Positions 1 to 11,934 are shown, numbered from the stretch's first letter. The stretch is 64,000 nucleotides of DNA from an uncultured Verrucomicrobiae bacterium (GCA_963813025.1 CAWEXO010000005.1:160001-224000), one strand, 5' to 3'. The notes: a model not told the origin generated them from the sequence alone. Program-made: numbers and translations.

Positions 1-15
1 ACCTCGAAAAACTTT

Positions 16-1613
16 TCATGCGGCTGAAGCCGGAGGAAGATTCCTTAATCGCCGGCTTTCCTGCTCTGCTCTCTCCTCGTCCTTCGGGTATTTAATTCGC
101 GTGTGCAGCATGTTTTGCAGCGTAAATCGGAATGTTTCCGCAACTGCTCGAATTTCCCGCAGGGTGAGATCGCATTCGTCGAGCTGGCCTCCGGCGATCC
201 GTTTGCCAATGATTTCGTTTACCAGCTGCTCGATCTTTTGCGGAGTTGGTTTGTCGAGACTGCGTGAAGCGCTCTCCACCGCGTCGGCCAGGCTGATAAT
301 GCCACTTTCCCGGAACTGGGGTTTCGGTCCGCTGTAGCGAAAACTTTCGTCGCGCACTTCGGGAATATCTTCCTCGCGAATGTTCATGATTTTTCCGCCT
401 TCGCGAGCGTCCCGTTGTTGCTGGAGGGCGCGCTGTAAAAATACGAAACCATCGACGTGCCGTGATGCTGCTGGATCACATCGATGATGCGCTGGTTCAA
501 ACCGAACTTCAAAGCGAGATCAACTCCTTCCTTGACATGCGCTATGATAATCAAGGCGCTCATGGTCGGAGCGAGATCGTCATGGGGGTTTTCGTCTCCC
601 ACAATGTTTTCCGAGAAGTAGTTCGGCTTTACCAGCTTACCGATGTCATGAAAATAGGCACATGCACGAGCCATCGTGCCATTGGCACCGATCCGATTGG
701 CGGCCGCTTCGGCCAGATCAGCCACCACATCACTGTGATGCCAGGTCCCGGGGGCCTCAAGGCTCAAACGCAGAAGCAACGGATGATTGCGATCAGCCGT
801 TTCCAGCCACGACATGTCGGTCGTGATATGAAAAGCAGACTCGAGAACGGGAAGCGCTCCGCCGACTACCATGGCGGTTATCACCCCGGTCAACACAGCA
901 GCCAGGGACTGTTTGGCAAACATCGTCCAATCAGTCGCTCCCAGTTGGAGCCAAGGCACGGTGATTATTCCGAAGGAAACGGCCAGAACCCAGGTGGCCA
1001 GGCCGACGTAGACCCCGGCTCGAATAAGCCGGCTTCTCCGCCGAACCTGAATCGTCACGAACACCGCGATAAAACCGCTGATCAGGCTCATCACGAGCAG
1101 AAATGCGTCAATCCCGCGAAAGAGAATGGCGCTCCACAGGCTAACAAAGATCGCGGCATACAGACCATGGTTTTTACCCAGCAGCACCGAGAGAATGAGC
1201 GGAGCAAAGGCGAAAGGGATAAACAACACTCCAAACTCTTTCGGTACGCTTCCCTGCCCTTGCGTCGAAAAGACCATCAGCAACTTGGCAATGCAGAGAT
1301 GCAGCAAAATAACTCCGAAAACCAGGCCAACCCGGGAGTTCCTCCTGAAGGTTTCGGGATGGTTGATCCAAAGTTGAGCAACCGCCGTGACGAAGATCAG
1401 TAAGCCGATCAGGAAGTACTTCGCCGGATCCGGATGCTCACCCGAGAAAATTAAAACCGCCAGAACCGAAATGAACACTCCGAAAATCGCGATTTTCATG
1501 CGCGGATCGGAGTCGAGTCTCCGCATCCACTCTTTTTGCGTCGGTTTACGCCGCATCTTTCGGCACGCAAACCCCTGCTTGATCAGTTTCCGTCGATCTG
1601 GAGCGCCAAACAT
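16..1613 (-). pseudogene. 7TM-HD phosphohydrolase (PgpH-like), split by a 1-bp frameshift near 434
   Basis: TM helices followed by APGTWHHS, YFHDIGK, HVKEG, QHHGT and LADAVES. Restoring one base at ..TTT TAC AG CGC GCC CTC CAG.. joins ORFs 384-1613 and 16-387. Lies downstream of phoH. Confidence 0.8.
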
Positions 1614-1616
1614 ACC

Positions 1617-2579
1617 CTAATTTTTACCTCGATGAATTTGATAAGCTTTAATGATCGATTGAACAAGCGGATGCCGGACCACGTCCCGCTCGTCAAACTC
1701 CGTAAAACTGATCCCCGGTACCCCCTTCAGAGCATGCAAAGCCTCAATGAGTCCAGAGATGCGATTCTGAGGAAGATCAATTTGGGTTTGATCTCCGGTT
1801 ACCACGCATTTTGAATCCGCTCCCAGACGGGTAAGAAACATAAACATCTGTTCCGCTGTTGTATTTTGTGCCTCGTCCAGAATCACAAAGGCATGTGTCA
1901 GCGTCCGTCCGCGCATATAGGCCAGAGGAGCGATTTCAATTACGCCACGATCCATGTACTTCTGAATTTCCTCTGGGTCCAGCATATCATACAAAGCGTC
2001 ATAGAGCGGTCGCAAATACGGGAAGATCTTTTCTTGCAGATCGCCCGGAAGAAATCCGAGCGCTTCCCCGGCTTCGACGGCGGGCCGGGTTAACACGATC
2101 CTTTTGACCTTTTCCCTTTTTAAGGCATCCACCGCCATCGCCATCGCCAGAAAGGTCTTACCGGTACCGGCTGGGCCGACGCCAAAAACTATGTCAAAAT
2201 TCTGGATAGCCTGCACGTAGATCAGCTGCTGTCGTGACCTTGGGGTTATCGGCGGCCGCTTCGGGGGTACCAATACGCGGAAATCCGCGAGATGTCCCAG
2301 GGATGCCCGGTCGTTTCCTTCAACCACGGAATCCAGGGCGTACTGGAATTCATGACGCCGGATTGGCATTCCTTTCAGCCGGGCTTGCTCAAGTTGGTCA
2401 AAAACAGCACGCGCTTTCTCAATGCTCGAACGCTCACCCTCGAGGCGGATCCAGCCGTCCCTCGTAGTGACCTTCAGCTCCAGGCGATTTTCCAGGGATT
2501 GCAGAAGGTTCAAGTCATTTGCGTACAGGTTTTGCACGGCCCGCGCGTTCTCGAACTGAAGCGTTTCGGAATCTACCAT
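1617..2579 (-). CDS. phoH: PhoH family ATPase
   Basis: GPAGTGKT, RPAVEAGEALGFLPGDL, AYMRGRT, LDEAQN, DVVRHPLV. Confidence 0.95.
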   Translation of the reverse strand: MVDSETLQFENARAVQNLYANDLNLLQSLENRLELKVTTRDGWIRLEGERSSIEKARAVFDQLEQARLKGMPIRRHEFQYALDSVVEGNDRASLGHLADFRVLVPPKRPPITPRSRQQLIYVQAIQNFDIVFGVGPAGTGKTFLAMAMAVDALKREKVKRIVLTRPAVEAGEALGFLPGDLQEKIFPYLRPLYDALYDMLDPEEIQKYMDRGVIEIAPLAYMRGRTLTHAFVILDEAQNTTAEQMFMFLTRLGADSKCVVTGDQTQIDLPQNRISGLIEALHALKGVPGISFTEFDERDVVRHPLVQSIIKAYQIHRGKN

Positions 2580-2752
2580 CCAGGCTGGATTTAAAGGACC
2601 CTCCCTTTAACGCAAATCGAACCCTTTGTAAACGGCCGATCGCGATCGCCTTCGAGGCCGGCAGAGCTCTCATCATGTCGAGAAAACCGTGTTGCCGTCG
2701 ACTGATTTGATTGAATGCGAGTCAGCAAGTGTTGGCGCCTCCGGAACAATCG

Positions 2753-3175
2753 TTATTTGTAGGCGTAGACCATCGCCCAGTGTGTCCGCTCGGCGGGAGA
2801 ACTGGAGACCTCAACGACGATATAAAAGGTTCCAGTAGCCGGCGGTTTGACCCGGGCAGCGGCAAATCGGCCTTTTTGCCATGAGTCGTTCTCGACCAGT
2901 TTGCCCCGGTTATCATAAACGTGGATCGAGATTTTTGCCCCATCGACATCGGTGCCCATCACAAACCAGTAGTCATTGCCCTTGAATAAGGTGTGCGGGA
3001 TTGCTTTCTCTTCCTTTACCCCAAGATCGCCGCCCCATTGATCGTCTCGGACCGTGTAGCCTTGCTTGACGTACTGCTGAATCCCTTCCATCGCCCGCGA
3101 AATCGCATCGTCCACTGTCGCGAACGCGGTCGCTCCGTAGTGAACGAGACCTAGGAAAAGGAGAAATCGTTTCAC
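2753..3175 (-). CDS. Hypothetical secreted protein
   Basis: GTG start, signal-peptide-like N-terminus, 140 aa, co-oriented with 3188-3979. Confidence 0.75.
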   Translation of the reverse strand: MKRFLLFLGLVHYGATAFATVDDAISRAMEGIQQYVKQGYTVRDDQWGGDLGVKEEKAIPHTLFKGNDYWFVMGTDVDGAKISIHVYDNRGKLVENDSWQKGRFAAARVKPPATGTFYIVVEVSSSPAERTHWAMVYAYK

Positions 3176-3187
3176 GATTAAGCGCGA

Positions 3188-3979
3188 TCAAGCGTTCGCA
3201 TCAATCGCGCGAACCGTTTCCGCCGTAATTTCGTTAATGCGCTTAACCGATGCGGGCGTGATTTTCTGATGAATTAAAGGTAATATTTCCTCCAAGCTGC
3301 GCTCGACATGGCTAACCAGCTCATGGTTCCTGAGTCGAGACGGCATTCCAGCCAGGCGTTCCTGAAAATAACGAAGCAAATCAGGTTGGTTCAACAAATC
3401 CGCTCCATCCGGAGAGTAGCTTTTGTCGACAATGGAAGTCAGTACCTCGGTACCGCGGAGCCATCCACCCAGGCTGACCAGGTGCGCCAATTGAGCGTCT
3501 TTGAGTTCGATCATCGCGTTCTTGACGTCGGTTAGCGCGCCGTCCAGTTCGCGTCGCACCCCCATCCAATCAGCCGCGTCCGCTTTCGTTTGGATTGCGT
3601 TCGTGCGCGTCAGAACCGCTTTCTCAACCCCGATGGCCCGAGAGAGGGAAAGGACGTCGCGCCCGATATCGCGAACATGCTCCCGGTCCTTCGCTTCCAC
3701 CGCCACGAACCCCTCGGCGATTACCGCGCCAAGCAGGAGCGCGATGCGGGGTCGTTCCCCGCGGACCCCAACCGGAGGGTCCCGCAGTTCACCTCGCCAA
3801 TCCGGTGTCCCCAGCTTGTCCAGTACATTGAAAACTTCACTCGGCAGCGGCACCACGACATCGTCGAGCCGGGTGGCCGGAAACCGGGAAAGGTCAATCT
3901 GGCGAGGAGGAGCCTCCGCTCGGTCCAGCGAGCAAAGTGATCCAAGAACCAGCAGCACGAGAGTAAATTTTTTGGTCAT
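3188..3979 (-). CDS. Hypothetical exported protein
   Basis: 263-aa ORF with hydrophobic N-terminal signal. Confidence 0.75.
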   Translation of the reverse strand: MTKKFTLVLLVLGSLCSLDRAEAPPRQIDLSRFPATRLDDVVVPLPSEVFNVLDKLGTPDWRGELRDPPVGVRGERPRIALLLGAVIAEGFVAVEAKDREHVRDIGRDVLSLSRAIGVEKAVLTRTNAIQTKADAADWMGVRRELDGALTDVKNAMIELKDAQLAHLVSLGGWLRGTEVLTSIVDKSYSPDGADLLNQPDLLRYFQERLAGMPSRLRNHELVSHVERSLEEILPLIHQKITPASVKRINEITAETVRAIDANA

Positions 3980-4210
3980 CTGGCGTAAAATCGTTGAGAA
4001 AAGAATTTGTCACTCGTCATCAGGACATCGTCCCAAGCAGGCTCCTGCGAAGCCCGAAACACAATGTCCCAATGCTAAAAGCAAAAAATTGATTCGGCAA
4101 ACCTTGTTTGGTCAAGCTCGCTCTGAACGACCGGAAGAGTGACCGATCGCCGCCTGTTTTGCTTGAAACCGACCGGGAAAGCAGCGAGATCGATGGGCTC
4201 CAAGCCGCCT

Positions 4211-5209
4211 ATGCAAGTCCAGAGAGTTCAGCAACTGATTCAGCTCTTCCGTGAGAAAAAGCTTCTGGTGATCGGCGACCTCATGCTGGATGAGTACGTG
4301 TGGGGCCGGGTGTCCCGCATCTCGCCGGAAGCACCGGTCCCGGTAGTCGAGGTTTTACGCGAATCGTATTACCCGGGTGGCGCGGCCAACGTTGCGCGCA
4401 ACGTGCGGGAGTTTGCTGACAAAGTTGAAATCATTGGCTCGGTCGGATCCGATCCCTCTGGCACCCGGCTGCAAAAGTTGCTCGCCGACAGTGGAATTGC
4501 GCTCGTTGGACTTCCCGCTCGCCCATCCTTCCATACCATCGTGAAGACGCGAATCATCGCGCGGCAACAACAGGTTGTGCGTGTCGATCGCGAGCTGCCG
4601 ACGGCCATCGGACCCGAGCTCCAGGAAGAGTGCCTCGATTATCTTCGGAAGAATATTCCTTCGGTGGATGGAATTATTCTGGAAGATTACGGGAAAGGTT
4701 TTCTCCAACAAACGATGGTCGACGGCATCGCCGAGATTGCCCGAGCCAACGGGAAGATCATCACGGCGGATCCGAATCAGCGCAATCCGATCCGGTGGCG
4801 ATCAATGACATCGGTTAAACCGAACCGGCAGGAAGCGTTCGCTGCGGCAAACGAACTCTGGTCAGAACCGGCTTCTCACCCGCTGAAAGACCGTCCGTTG
4901 CTCAAGGTTGGAGAAAAGCTGCTCCAGGATTGGCAGCCGGAGAACCTGGTGATTACTCTCGGTGATCTCGGGATGATCCTCTTTAGCCAGCACGACGAAC
5001 CCCATCACGTGCCGCCGCGCGCCCGGGAAGTTTTTGACCTTTCGGGAGCCGGGGACACCGCTGTTGCTCTTTTTACCCTTGCTCTTGTCTCCGGCGCATC
5101 CCCGGTCGAAGCGGTGGAAATCTCCAATCGTGCGAGCAGCATTGTTGTCGGCAAGCTCGGGACGGCCACGGCCTCTCCCAGCGAACTGCTCGAGAGCTTT
5201 TCCGGATGA
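4211..5209 (+). CDS. rfaE1: D-glycero-beta-D-manno-heptose-7-phosphate kinase (RfaE/HldE domain I)
   Basis: GDLMLDEY, RISPEAPVPVV, GGAANVA, DYGKG, DLSGAGDT. Confidence 0.92.
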   Translation: MQVQRVQQLIQLFREKKLLVIGDLMLDEYVWGRVSRISPEAPVPVVEVLRESYYPGGAANVARNVREFADKVEIIGSVGSDPSGTRLQKLLADSGIALVGLPARPSFHTIVKTRIIARQQQVVRVDRELPTAIGPELQEECLDYLRKNIPSVDGIILEDYGKGFLQQTMVDGIAEIARANGKIITADPNQRNPIRWRSMTSVKPNRQEAFAAANELWSEPASHPLKDRPLLKVGEKLLQDWQPENLVITLGDLGMILFSQHDEPHHVPPRAREVFDLSGAGDTAVALFTLALVSGASPVEAVEISNRASSIVVGKLGTATASPSELLESFSG

Positions 5210-5754
5210 CCCGAATTTCAAAGGACTCTAATAAGGCCGTTTTTCTCGATCGCGATGGCACGCTCATGCAGGATGTGCCGTACCTTTCGCGACCGGGTGG
5301 TGTTCAGATTGTGCCTGGAGCGAAGGATTCTTTGTGGAGACTCCGAAATGCCGGGTTCCATCTCGTTATTGTGACCAACCAGAGCGGTATCGCTCGAGGA
5401 TACTTCACGGAGCGTGAATTCTGGCAGGTGCAAGGCCGCCTTGAAGAAGAGCTCGGGCCGGGTTTGATCCAGGCGGTGTACTTCTGCCCGGATGGTCCCG
5501 AACAGGCATCTTCCCGGCGCAAGCCAGCACCTGGAATGCTGCACGAAGCCGCTCGTGATTTTTCTCTGGCTCTGGAGGAGAGCTTTCTGATTGGCGATAA
5601 AATCAGTGATGTCGAAGCCGGCGTACGGGCCGGGCTTCGGCTTTCTATTCTCCTGGGTGGACCGGCCGACGATCTGCTGAACGTGCCCGGCCGGGCGGTC
5701 AGCGCGGCAACGTTGAGGGACGCCGCTGAACTCATTCTGGGGATCGTTGTATAG
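5206..5754 (+). CDS. gmhB: D-glycero-D-manno-heptose-1,7-bisphosphate phosphatase (HAD IIIA)
   Basis: FLDRDGTL, VTNQSGIARG, RKPAPGM, IGDKISD; ATGA overlap with the kinase. Confidence 0.9.
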   Translation: MTRISKDSNKAVFLDRDGTLMQDVPYLSRPGGVQIVPGAKDSLWRLRNAGFHLVIVTNQSGIARGYFTEREFWQVQGRLEEELGPGLIQAVYFCPDGPEQASSRRKPAPGMLHEAARDFSLALEESFLIGDKISDVEAGVRAGLRLSILLGGPADDLLNVPGRAVSAATLRDAAELILGIVV

Positions 5755-5779
5755 AGGCGGAAGCAGTTAACCAGATCAT

Positions 5780-6030
5780 CGTGGCGACGGTACTCCACTT
5801 GGCGTTTCCGGCACGTCGCGCGATCCTCTCGATCCCAGGGCGCTCAAGCCGTGCGCGCTAAGCATACCGCCACAGCGTGTATTCATTCGGACTCTAGACC
5901 GGCTTCGCCTGGATTCTTTCGCAGGTAATCGCGAAACCTTTCCACCCGGACGGCATTACGAACAATGAGTGGATCCCGCACTGTACTGGCACCGCCAGCA
6001 AAAATACCGACGAGGCCGTCGGCGCTACAT
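5780..6030 (-). mobile_element. Degenerate RAYT-derived miniature element (REP + RAYT 3' end + partial REP)
   Basis: REP taccgacgaggccgtcggcgctac at about 6005-6028. The reverse complement of about 5810-5970 aligns with RAYT 3' end and flank at about 25590-25740. Confidence 0.8.
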
Positions 6031-6084
6031 AGCTCTCACATCTACGTCTGCCTGCCCCAATCCTGATACTTCTAAGGCACAGCT

Positions 6085-6413
6085 CTATCCCCAAAAGTGC
6101 ATGGTTATTCTCGGGTTAGCGCCCCCTCCCTTAAAGGCCTGTTCGATGGCCCTATTCTCAGCCTCTTTTTTGGATTTCTTGCCGAGGGCAACTCCAATCA
6201 CTGAGCCCTTTCCCTTTTGAGCGACAGCCATGGCACCGTACCCAACTCGAGCCGTCGAAGCCAATATCCGGGATTGGTGCCGCCGTGCTTAAAACAATCT
6301 GTAAGCGCCTGCGCTTTGGCCGACTCCATGGTATTGGCTCCATGGACGGCGACCGGAAAATGATTTCCAGTTCCTACGGCAACAACCGAGGCCCCGCGCG
6401 CGTCGCGGAGCAT
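6085..6413 (-). pseudogene. Frameshifted tandem paralog of the adjacent DUF4189-like protein
   Basis: Frameshift near 6270; second frame reads VGYGAMAVAQKGKGSVIG...NPRITMHFWG*, matching 6465-6845. Confidence 0.75.
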
Positions 6414-6464
6414 CGGTCCGACAAAGCCCGGTGAAGTGATCTCACTGACACGCCAGGCGCGTCT

Positions 6465-6845
6465 CTATCCCCAAAATTCAGCGATTATCCTCGGATTGCG
6501 ACCGCCAGCTTTCAAACATTTCTCGATGGCCAGACTCGCGGCTTCTTTTTTAGATTCCTTACCCAGGGAAAATCCGAATACTGAGCCTTTTCCTTTTTCA
6601 GCAACAGCAGCAGCACCGTAGCCTACTTTATCGGTCGCAAGTACAATACGGGGATTAACTCCACCGTGTTCAAAACACTCCCGAAGCGCCTGTGCCTTGG
6701 CCGACTCAATAGAACGCGAACCATGGACTTCGACGGGATAGTGTCCTCGAGTTCCTACGGCTACCGCTGACGCAGCGCGCGCGTCGCGGAGCATTAAAGC
6801 AGCCAGCGCTACCCCCAGAAAAAAAGTTCTGTTCCTCCGAACCAT
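6465..6845 (-). CDS. Secreted DUF4189-like protein
   Basis: Signal peptide; internal repeat A..A..AL..C...GG.NPRI. Confidence 0.65.
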   Translation of the reverse strand: MVRRNRTFFLGVALAALMLRDARAASAVAVGTRGHYPVEVHGSRSIESAKAQALRECFEHGGVNPRIVLATDKVGYGAAAVAEKGKGSVFGFSLGKESKKEAASLAIEKCLKAGGRNPRIIAEFWG

Positions 6846-6905
6846 GTTTTTCCAATATCCCGGTTGAACCATTTTCAATAGAGCGCGCGGTTCGATAAGC
6901 CAGTT

Positions 6906-7712
6906 CTATGGACCAATCGAGGCGCCGAACTGTGTCCGCATAATGCGCACATCGATGACGTTTGGGGTGATCGGCGGGATTTTGCTCCCGTTAAGAAGGG
7001 CAGGATCAGGGAGGACGATGACATTGCGCTTCCACGTTGGGGACACCGTATCTGTTGCCGCCGTTCCAAGAGCAACGATTCCGCCGGTTAACAACACGTT
7101 CTCTGAACTGATTGCCAAAGCCGGATTTGACAGCCCCGTGATGATGACCGCGTTGATAAGTGTCCTGCCACCGGATCGCCCGGGTCCCGTCGGCTGAATG
7201 TTATTTGTACCCGTCGATCGCACCGAACCGGCAAAAGGATTCTCAACGAAAAAATTTGACGAGTTGTTCACGCCGTAGGGGTCGACCGACGCAGGCGCGT
7301 CAACCGTGTTTTCATTCGAATTCTCAGAAGGTGCGTCCACGCTATTGGTATCGGGGGCATCCACAGCGGTCCCGTTGTCTGCGCCGTCTGTACCATCACC
7401 CGTTCCGTCTGCGCTCCCGTCACCACTTCCATCACCGCCGCCATCGCTACTTCCTCCGTCGCTGCCTCCCCCATCGCCACCACCGCCACCACCGCCACCA
7501 CCGCCGTCCGCCCTCGGGCTGAAGGGGTTACCCGAAAGACCGGACCAGCCGCGCGCTAAAGCCGGAATCACAAGCTTAATGACAGCGCGCAAGAGGACCG
7601 GCGATCCCGGTGCACCGGACGGCCATTCCGCGTGCAGCGGACGCACTGCCAAGGTCGCGCTTAGCAACACCACGAGCGCCAAGGGCTCATTCCTCTTTCC
7701 CCGAAAAAGCAT
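6906..7712 (-). CDS. Hypothetical exported Gly/Asp-rich low-complexity protein
   Basis: Signal-like N-terminus, poly-Gly tract, repeated (T/S)VDAP motifs. Confidence 0.6.
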   Translation of the reverse strand: MLFRGKRNEPLALVVLLSATLAVRPLHAEWPSGAPGSPVLLRAVIKLVIPALARGWSGLSGNPFSPRADGGGGGGGGGGDGGGSDGGSSDGGGDGSGDGSADGTGDGTDGADNGTAVDAPDTNSVDAPSENSNENTVDAPASVDPYGVNNSSNFFVENPFAGSVRSTGTNNIQPTGPGRSGGRTLINAVIITGLSNPALAISSENVLLTGGIVALGTAATDTVSPTWKRNVIVLPDPALLNGSKIPPITPNVIDVRIMRTQFGASIGP

Positions 7713-7976
7713 GGTTTTGTTTTTTGCTCACGCTCGTCTAGCGAAGCCGAGTCACCGTCGTCAATCCTTTTCGATTCCACTTTTCGAAATTGTTTTACTC
7801 CGTCCCGCCGGGGGGTCCGTTTTCGTACTCGTCGTCATCCTCGAATAGGGCGCACGACCTCGTGGGTCACCTCCGAAATACGGACGGGGCCGGGTCTGTC
7901 GGACTTTGGTCAATCTGTAGCTCGCGCAATCGAGCTAAGATTCGAGACATGTCCCAAAGTGTCTTTGGTCCTGCGC

Positions 7977-8100
7977 CGGTAGGGCGAAAATTTATTCGAG
8001 CCTTAGCGAGAACTTGTTTGAGCCGTCTTCAGTGTGAATTCCCCAACGCCCGGCTCGAACGAGTCTTCGCCGAAGGCTCAGATGAATTCTCGCCCTACCG
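7977..8100. repeat. REPIN-like inverted pair, GTAGGGCGAAAAT family, copy 1
   Basis: ggtagggcgaaaatttattcgagcc ... ggctcagatgaattctcgccctacc form a long imperfect hairpin. Confidence 0.8.
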
Positions 8101-8273
8101 ATTTTGGGATGTTGCGAAACCTTCTCTAAACTTTGCCCTACAGGCACAGGACAGTGCGGCAATCTGAGACGATCTCTAACCGCTCGGGCGACCAATCGCT
8201 TGGCGCCGCTCAGCCGCTCAACCCGCTTTCCTTCTGGAGCTTACTCCTTCGCCCCGCTAAGACTCGTAACCTG

Positions 8274-9014
8274 ATGGGCAAAGTTGCAGGAATCATCCCG
8301 GCTCGCTGGGGCTCCACCCGATTCCCTGGAAAACCGCTCCACGGTATCGCCGGTAAACCGCTCATCCAGCACGTCTGGGAGCGTTGTGTCGAAGCGGAAG
8401 CGTTTGACCAGATTATCGTCGCGACGGACGATATGCGGATTGCCGAGACGGTCTTCAACTTTGGTGGTGAGGTCTCGATTACTTCACCCGATCACCCGAG
8501 CGGCACCGATCGAGTGGCCGAAGTAGCCCGTAAGCTAAAAAACGCATCGATTATTTTCAATATTCAAGGCGACGAACCGTTGATCGAAGCCAGTCTCATG
8601 CGCCGTCTTGTCAGAAAAATTCTCAGCAGCGACAAAATTGGTATCATCACCGCAGCGACGGCCGCGACGCCGGAGGAAGCGCGCCGGGAACAAGTTGTGA
8701 AGGTGGTCTTCGATCGACTTTCCGATGCCCTGTATTTTTCGCGGTCTTCCATTCCCCATACGCGCGGAGTATTGCCTGCCAGCCTGTACAAGCACCTTGG
8801 TATCTACGGTTACCGGCGCCGGGTGCTTTTGGAGTTCGTTCGCCTTTCACCGAGTGTTTTGGAGCAGACAGAACACCTTGAGCAGTTGCGCGCCCTCGAG
8901 AATGGGATGAAGATTCGCGTCGTTGTGTCAGAGACTCGGGCGATCGGCGTAGATACGTTGGAAGACGCAAAGGAGGTCGAAAAGACGTTGCTTCGCGGGT
9001 TTGGCCGTCGCTAG
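8274..9014 (+). CDS. kdsB: 3-deoxy-manno-octulosonate cytidylyltransferase
   Basis: IPARWGSTRFPGKPL, SGTDR, NIQGDEP, HLGIYGY, LEQLRALE. Confidence 0.95.
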   Translation: MGKVAGIIPARWGSTRFPGKPLHGIAGKPLIQHVWERCVEAEAFDQIIVATDDMRIAETVFNFGGEVSITSPDHPSGTDRVAEVARKLKNASIIFNIQGDEPLIEASLMRRLVRKILSSDKIGIITAATAATPEEARREQVVKVVFDRLSDALYFSRSSIPHTRGVLPASLYKHLGIYGYRRRVLLEFVRLSPSVLEQTEHLEQLRALENGMKIRVVVSETRAIGVDTLEDAKEVEKTLLRGFGRR

Positions 9015-9121
9015 CCTGCCTCGTCGCAAATCCTGGAGAGATTTGCGAACGAGGCAGGCTGTGGCAGCAGAATTCTCCGCTACGCTGGTGAATTCTGCTG
9101 GCACTCGTCGGAAGGCTTTAA

Positions 9122-10741
<1,620 letters not shown>

Positions 10742-10819
10742 CTGTGCGGCGCGGTTTCAGCTGACTCGCGCGGAACAGTTTCCGAGCGCTTTACATGTGA
10801 GCGCAGAGGTATCGGGTAA

Positions 10820-10950
10820 TCGGTTTTCTGCCAACGTACGCGAACTCGAGACCATGGTGCGCCGGGCGCTGCTGGTCACCCCGGGCTATCCGATCACCCT
10901 CCGAGATGTCAAGCGAGCGATGTATGCCGACGCTCGCTGGGAGGCCAAGA
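10820..10950 (+). pseudogene. Fragment of a sigma-54 (NtrC-type) activator C-terminal region
   Basis: ANVRELETMVRRALLV...ITLRDV resembles the GNVREL motif; no AAA core. Confidence 0.5.
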
Positions 10951-11067
10951 GTGATCGATCCCTCGCATGCGATCGACACTTCCCGGTTCCAAAATCGGAT
11001 TCACGATTAAATTTCTCCGCCCGCTGTGTATTGCGCTCAGCGACCTTCTGTATTACAATTGAATTGG

Positions 11068-11307
11068 ATGAGAACCTTGGTATTAAGAATTCCCGACGAC
11101 CTCGAGGTGCGACTCGAGGCGTTAGCTTCCCGACATGGTAAGACCAAGTCAGCAATCGCGAGAGAGGTTCTCTCGAGAGGAGTCCGCCGTGGACGCAAAG
11201 GTGATTTATCGGCCATTGATCTCATGCGGGACCAAATCGGGATTGTCGATAGCGGCATCGGCGATCTGGCGTCAGATCCTAAGCACATGGAAGGATTCGG
11301 CCGTTAA
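11068..11307 (+). CDS. Ribbon-helix-helix (CopG-type) antitoxin
   Basis: MRTLVLRIPDDL..RL..LA...GKTKSAIARE; TAATG coupling to PIN gene. Confidence 0.85.
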   Translation: MRTLVLRIPDDLEVRLEALASRHGKTKSAIAREVLSRGVRRGRKGDLSAIDLMRDQIGIVDSGIGDLASDPKHMEGFGR

Positions 11308-11723
11308 TGGCTCAAGTGATTGTTGATACAGGGCCACTCGTCGCAATTCTCGACAAGAGCGACGGTGTTCACGATTAGGCAACGGAGAAGCTGAAATCGA
11401 TCCGCCCACCGCTCATCACCTGCGAGCCGGTTCTGACGGAGGTTTGCTTTTTGCTCAGAAGACAAACCAAAGCATTAGCAGCTGTTGCTCTTCTCCTGGA
11501 AAGACGAATCCTCGAGATTAGCTTTTCTCTTGAGCGGGAAATCGATCCGGTTTTCCGGTTGCTGGATCGCTTTAAGAACGTTCCAATGTCGTTGGCTGAC
11601 GCCTGCCTTGTCCGATTGTCGGAGTTGAATCCGGAACACGCGATCTTCACCCTCGACAGCGATTTCCAAATCTATCGCCGAAACCGTCGACAAAAGATCC
11701 CACTTTTCGTTCCTGGGACCTAG
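11307..11723 (+). pseudogene. vapC: PIN-domain (VapC-type) toxin with in-frame TAG at 11376-11378
   Basis: VIVDTGPLVAIL..D..H(D)*A, TCEPVLTE, MSLADACLV, FTLDSDFQIYR. Confidence 0.85.
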
Positions 11724-11839
11724 CATTTTTCATCGAAAAGCGACTCCAACTCCCTCAAATCTTGTTTTCCTGCGAGGATTTACAAGGAGCTGAACAGTTG
11801 GAAGGTTCACCGGCAAGATGGGCGAGTCACGGCCGGAAA

Positions 11840-11862
11840 GTGGCACAGGCTTCCAGCCTGTC
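11840..11862 (+). repeat. REP-like palindrome GTGGCACAGGCTTCCAGCCTGT
   Basis: GTGG foot plus ACAGGCT/AGCCTGT stem, between convergent genes. Confidence 0.5.
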
Positions 11863-11934
11863 AGTGGAGTTTGCGCGGATGCTTTGGTTGCGGACCTCGG
11901 GCGTGAGCTCGGCCGAATGCTACGCCACAAGGCT

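Noticed and set aside
462..1403. Long antisense ORFs (also 3501-4142, 31674-32510, 33177-34052, 59686-60459)
   Set aside because: They are shadows of well-supported opposite-strand genes in GC-rich DNA.
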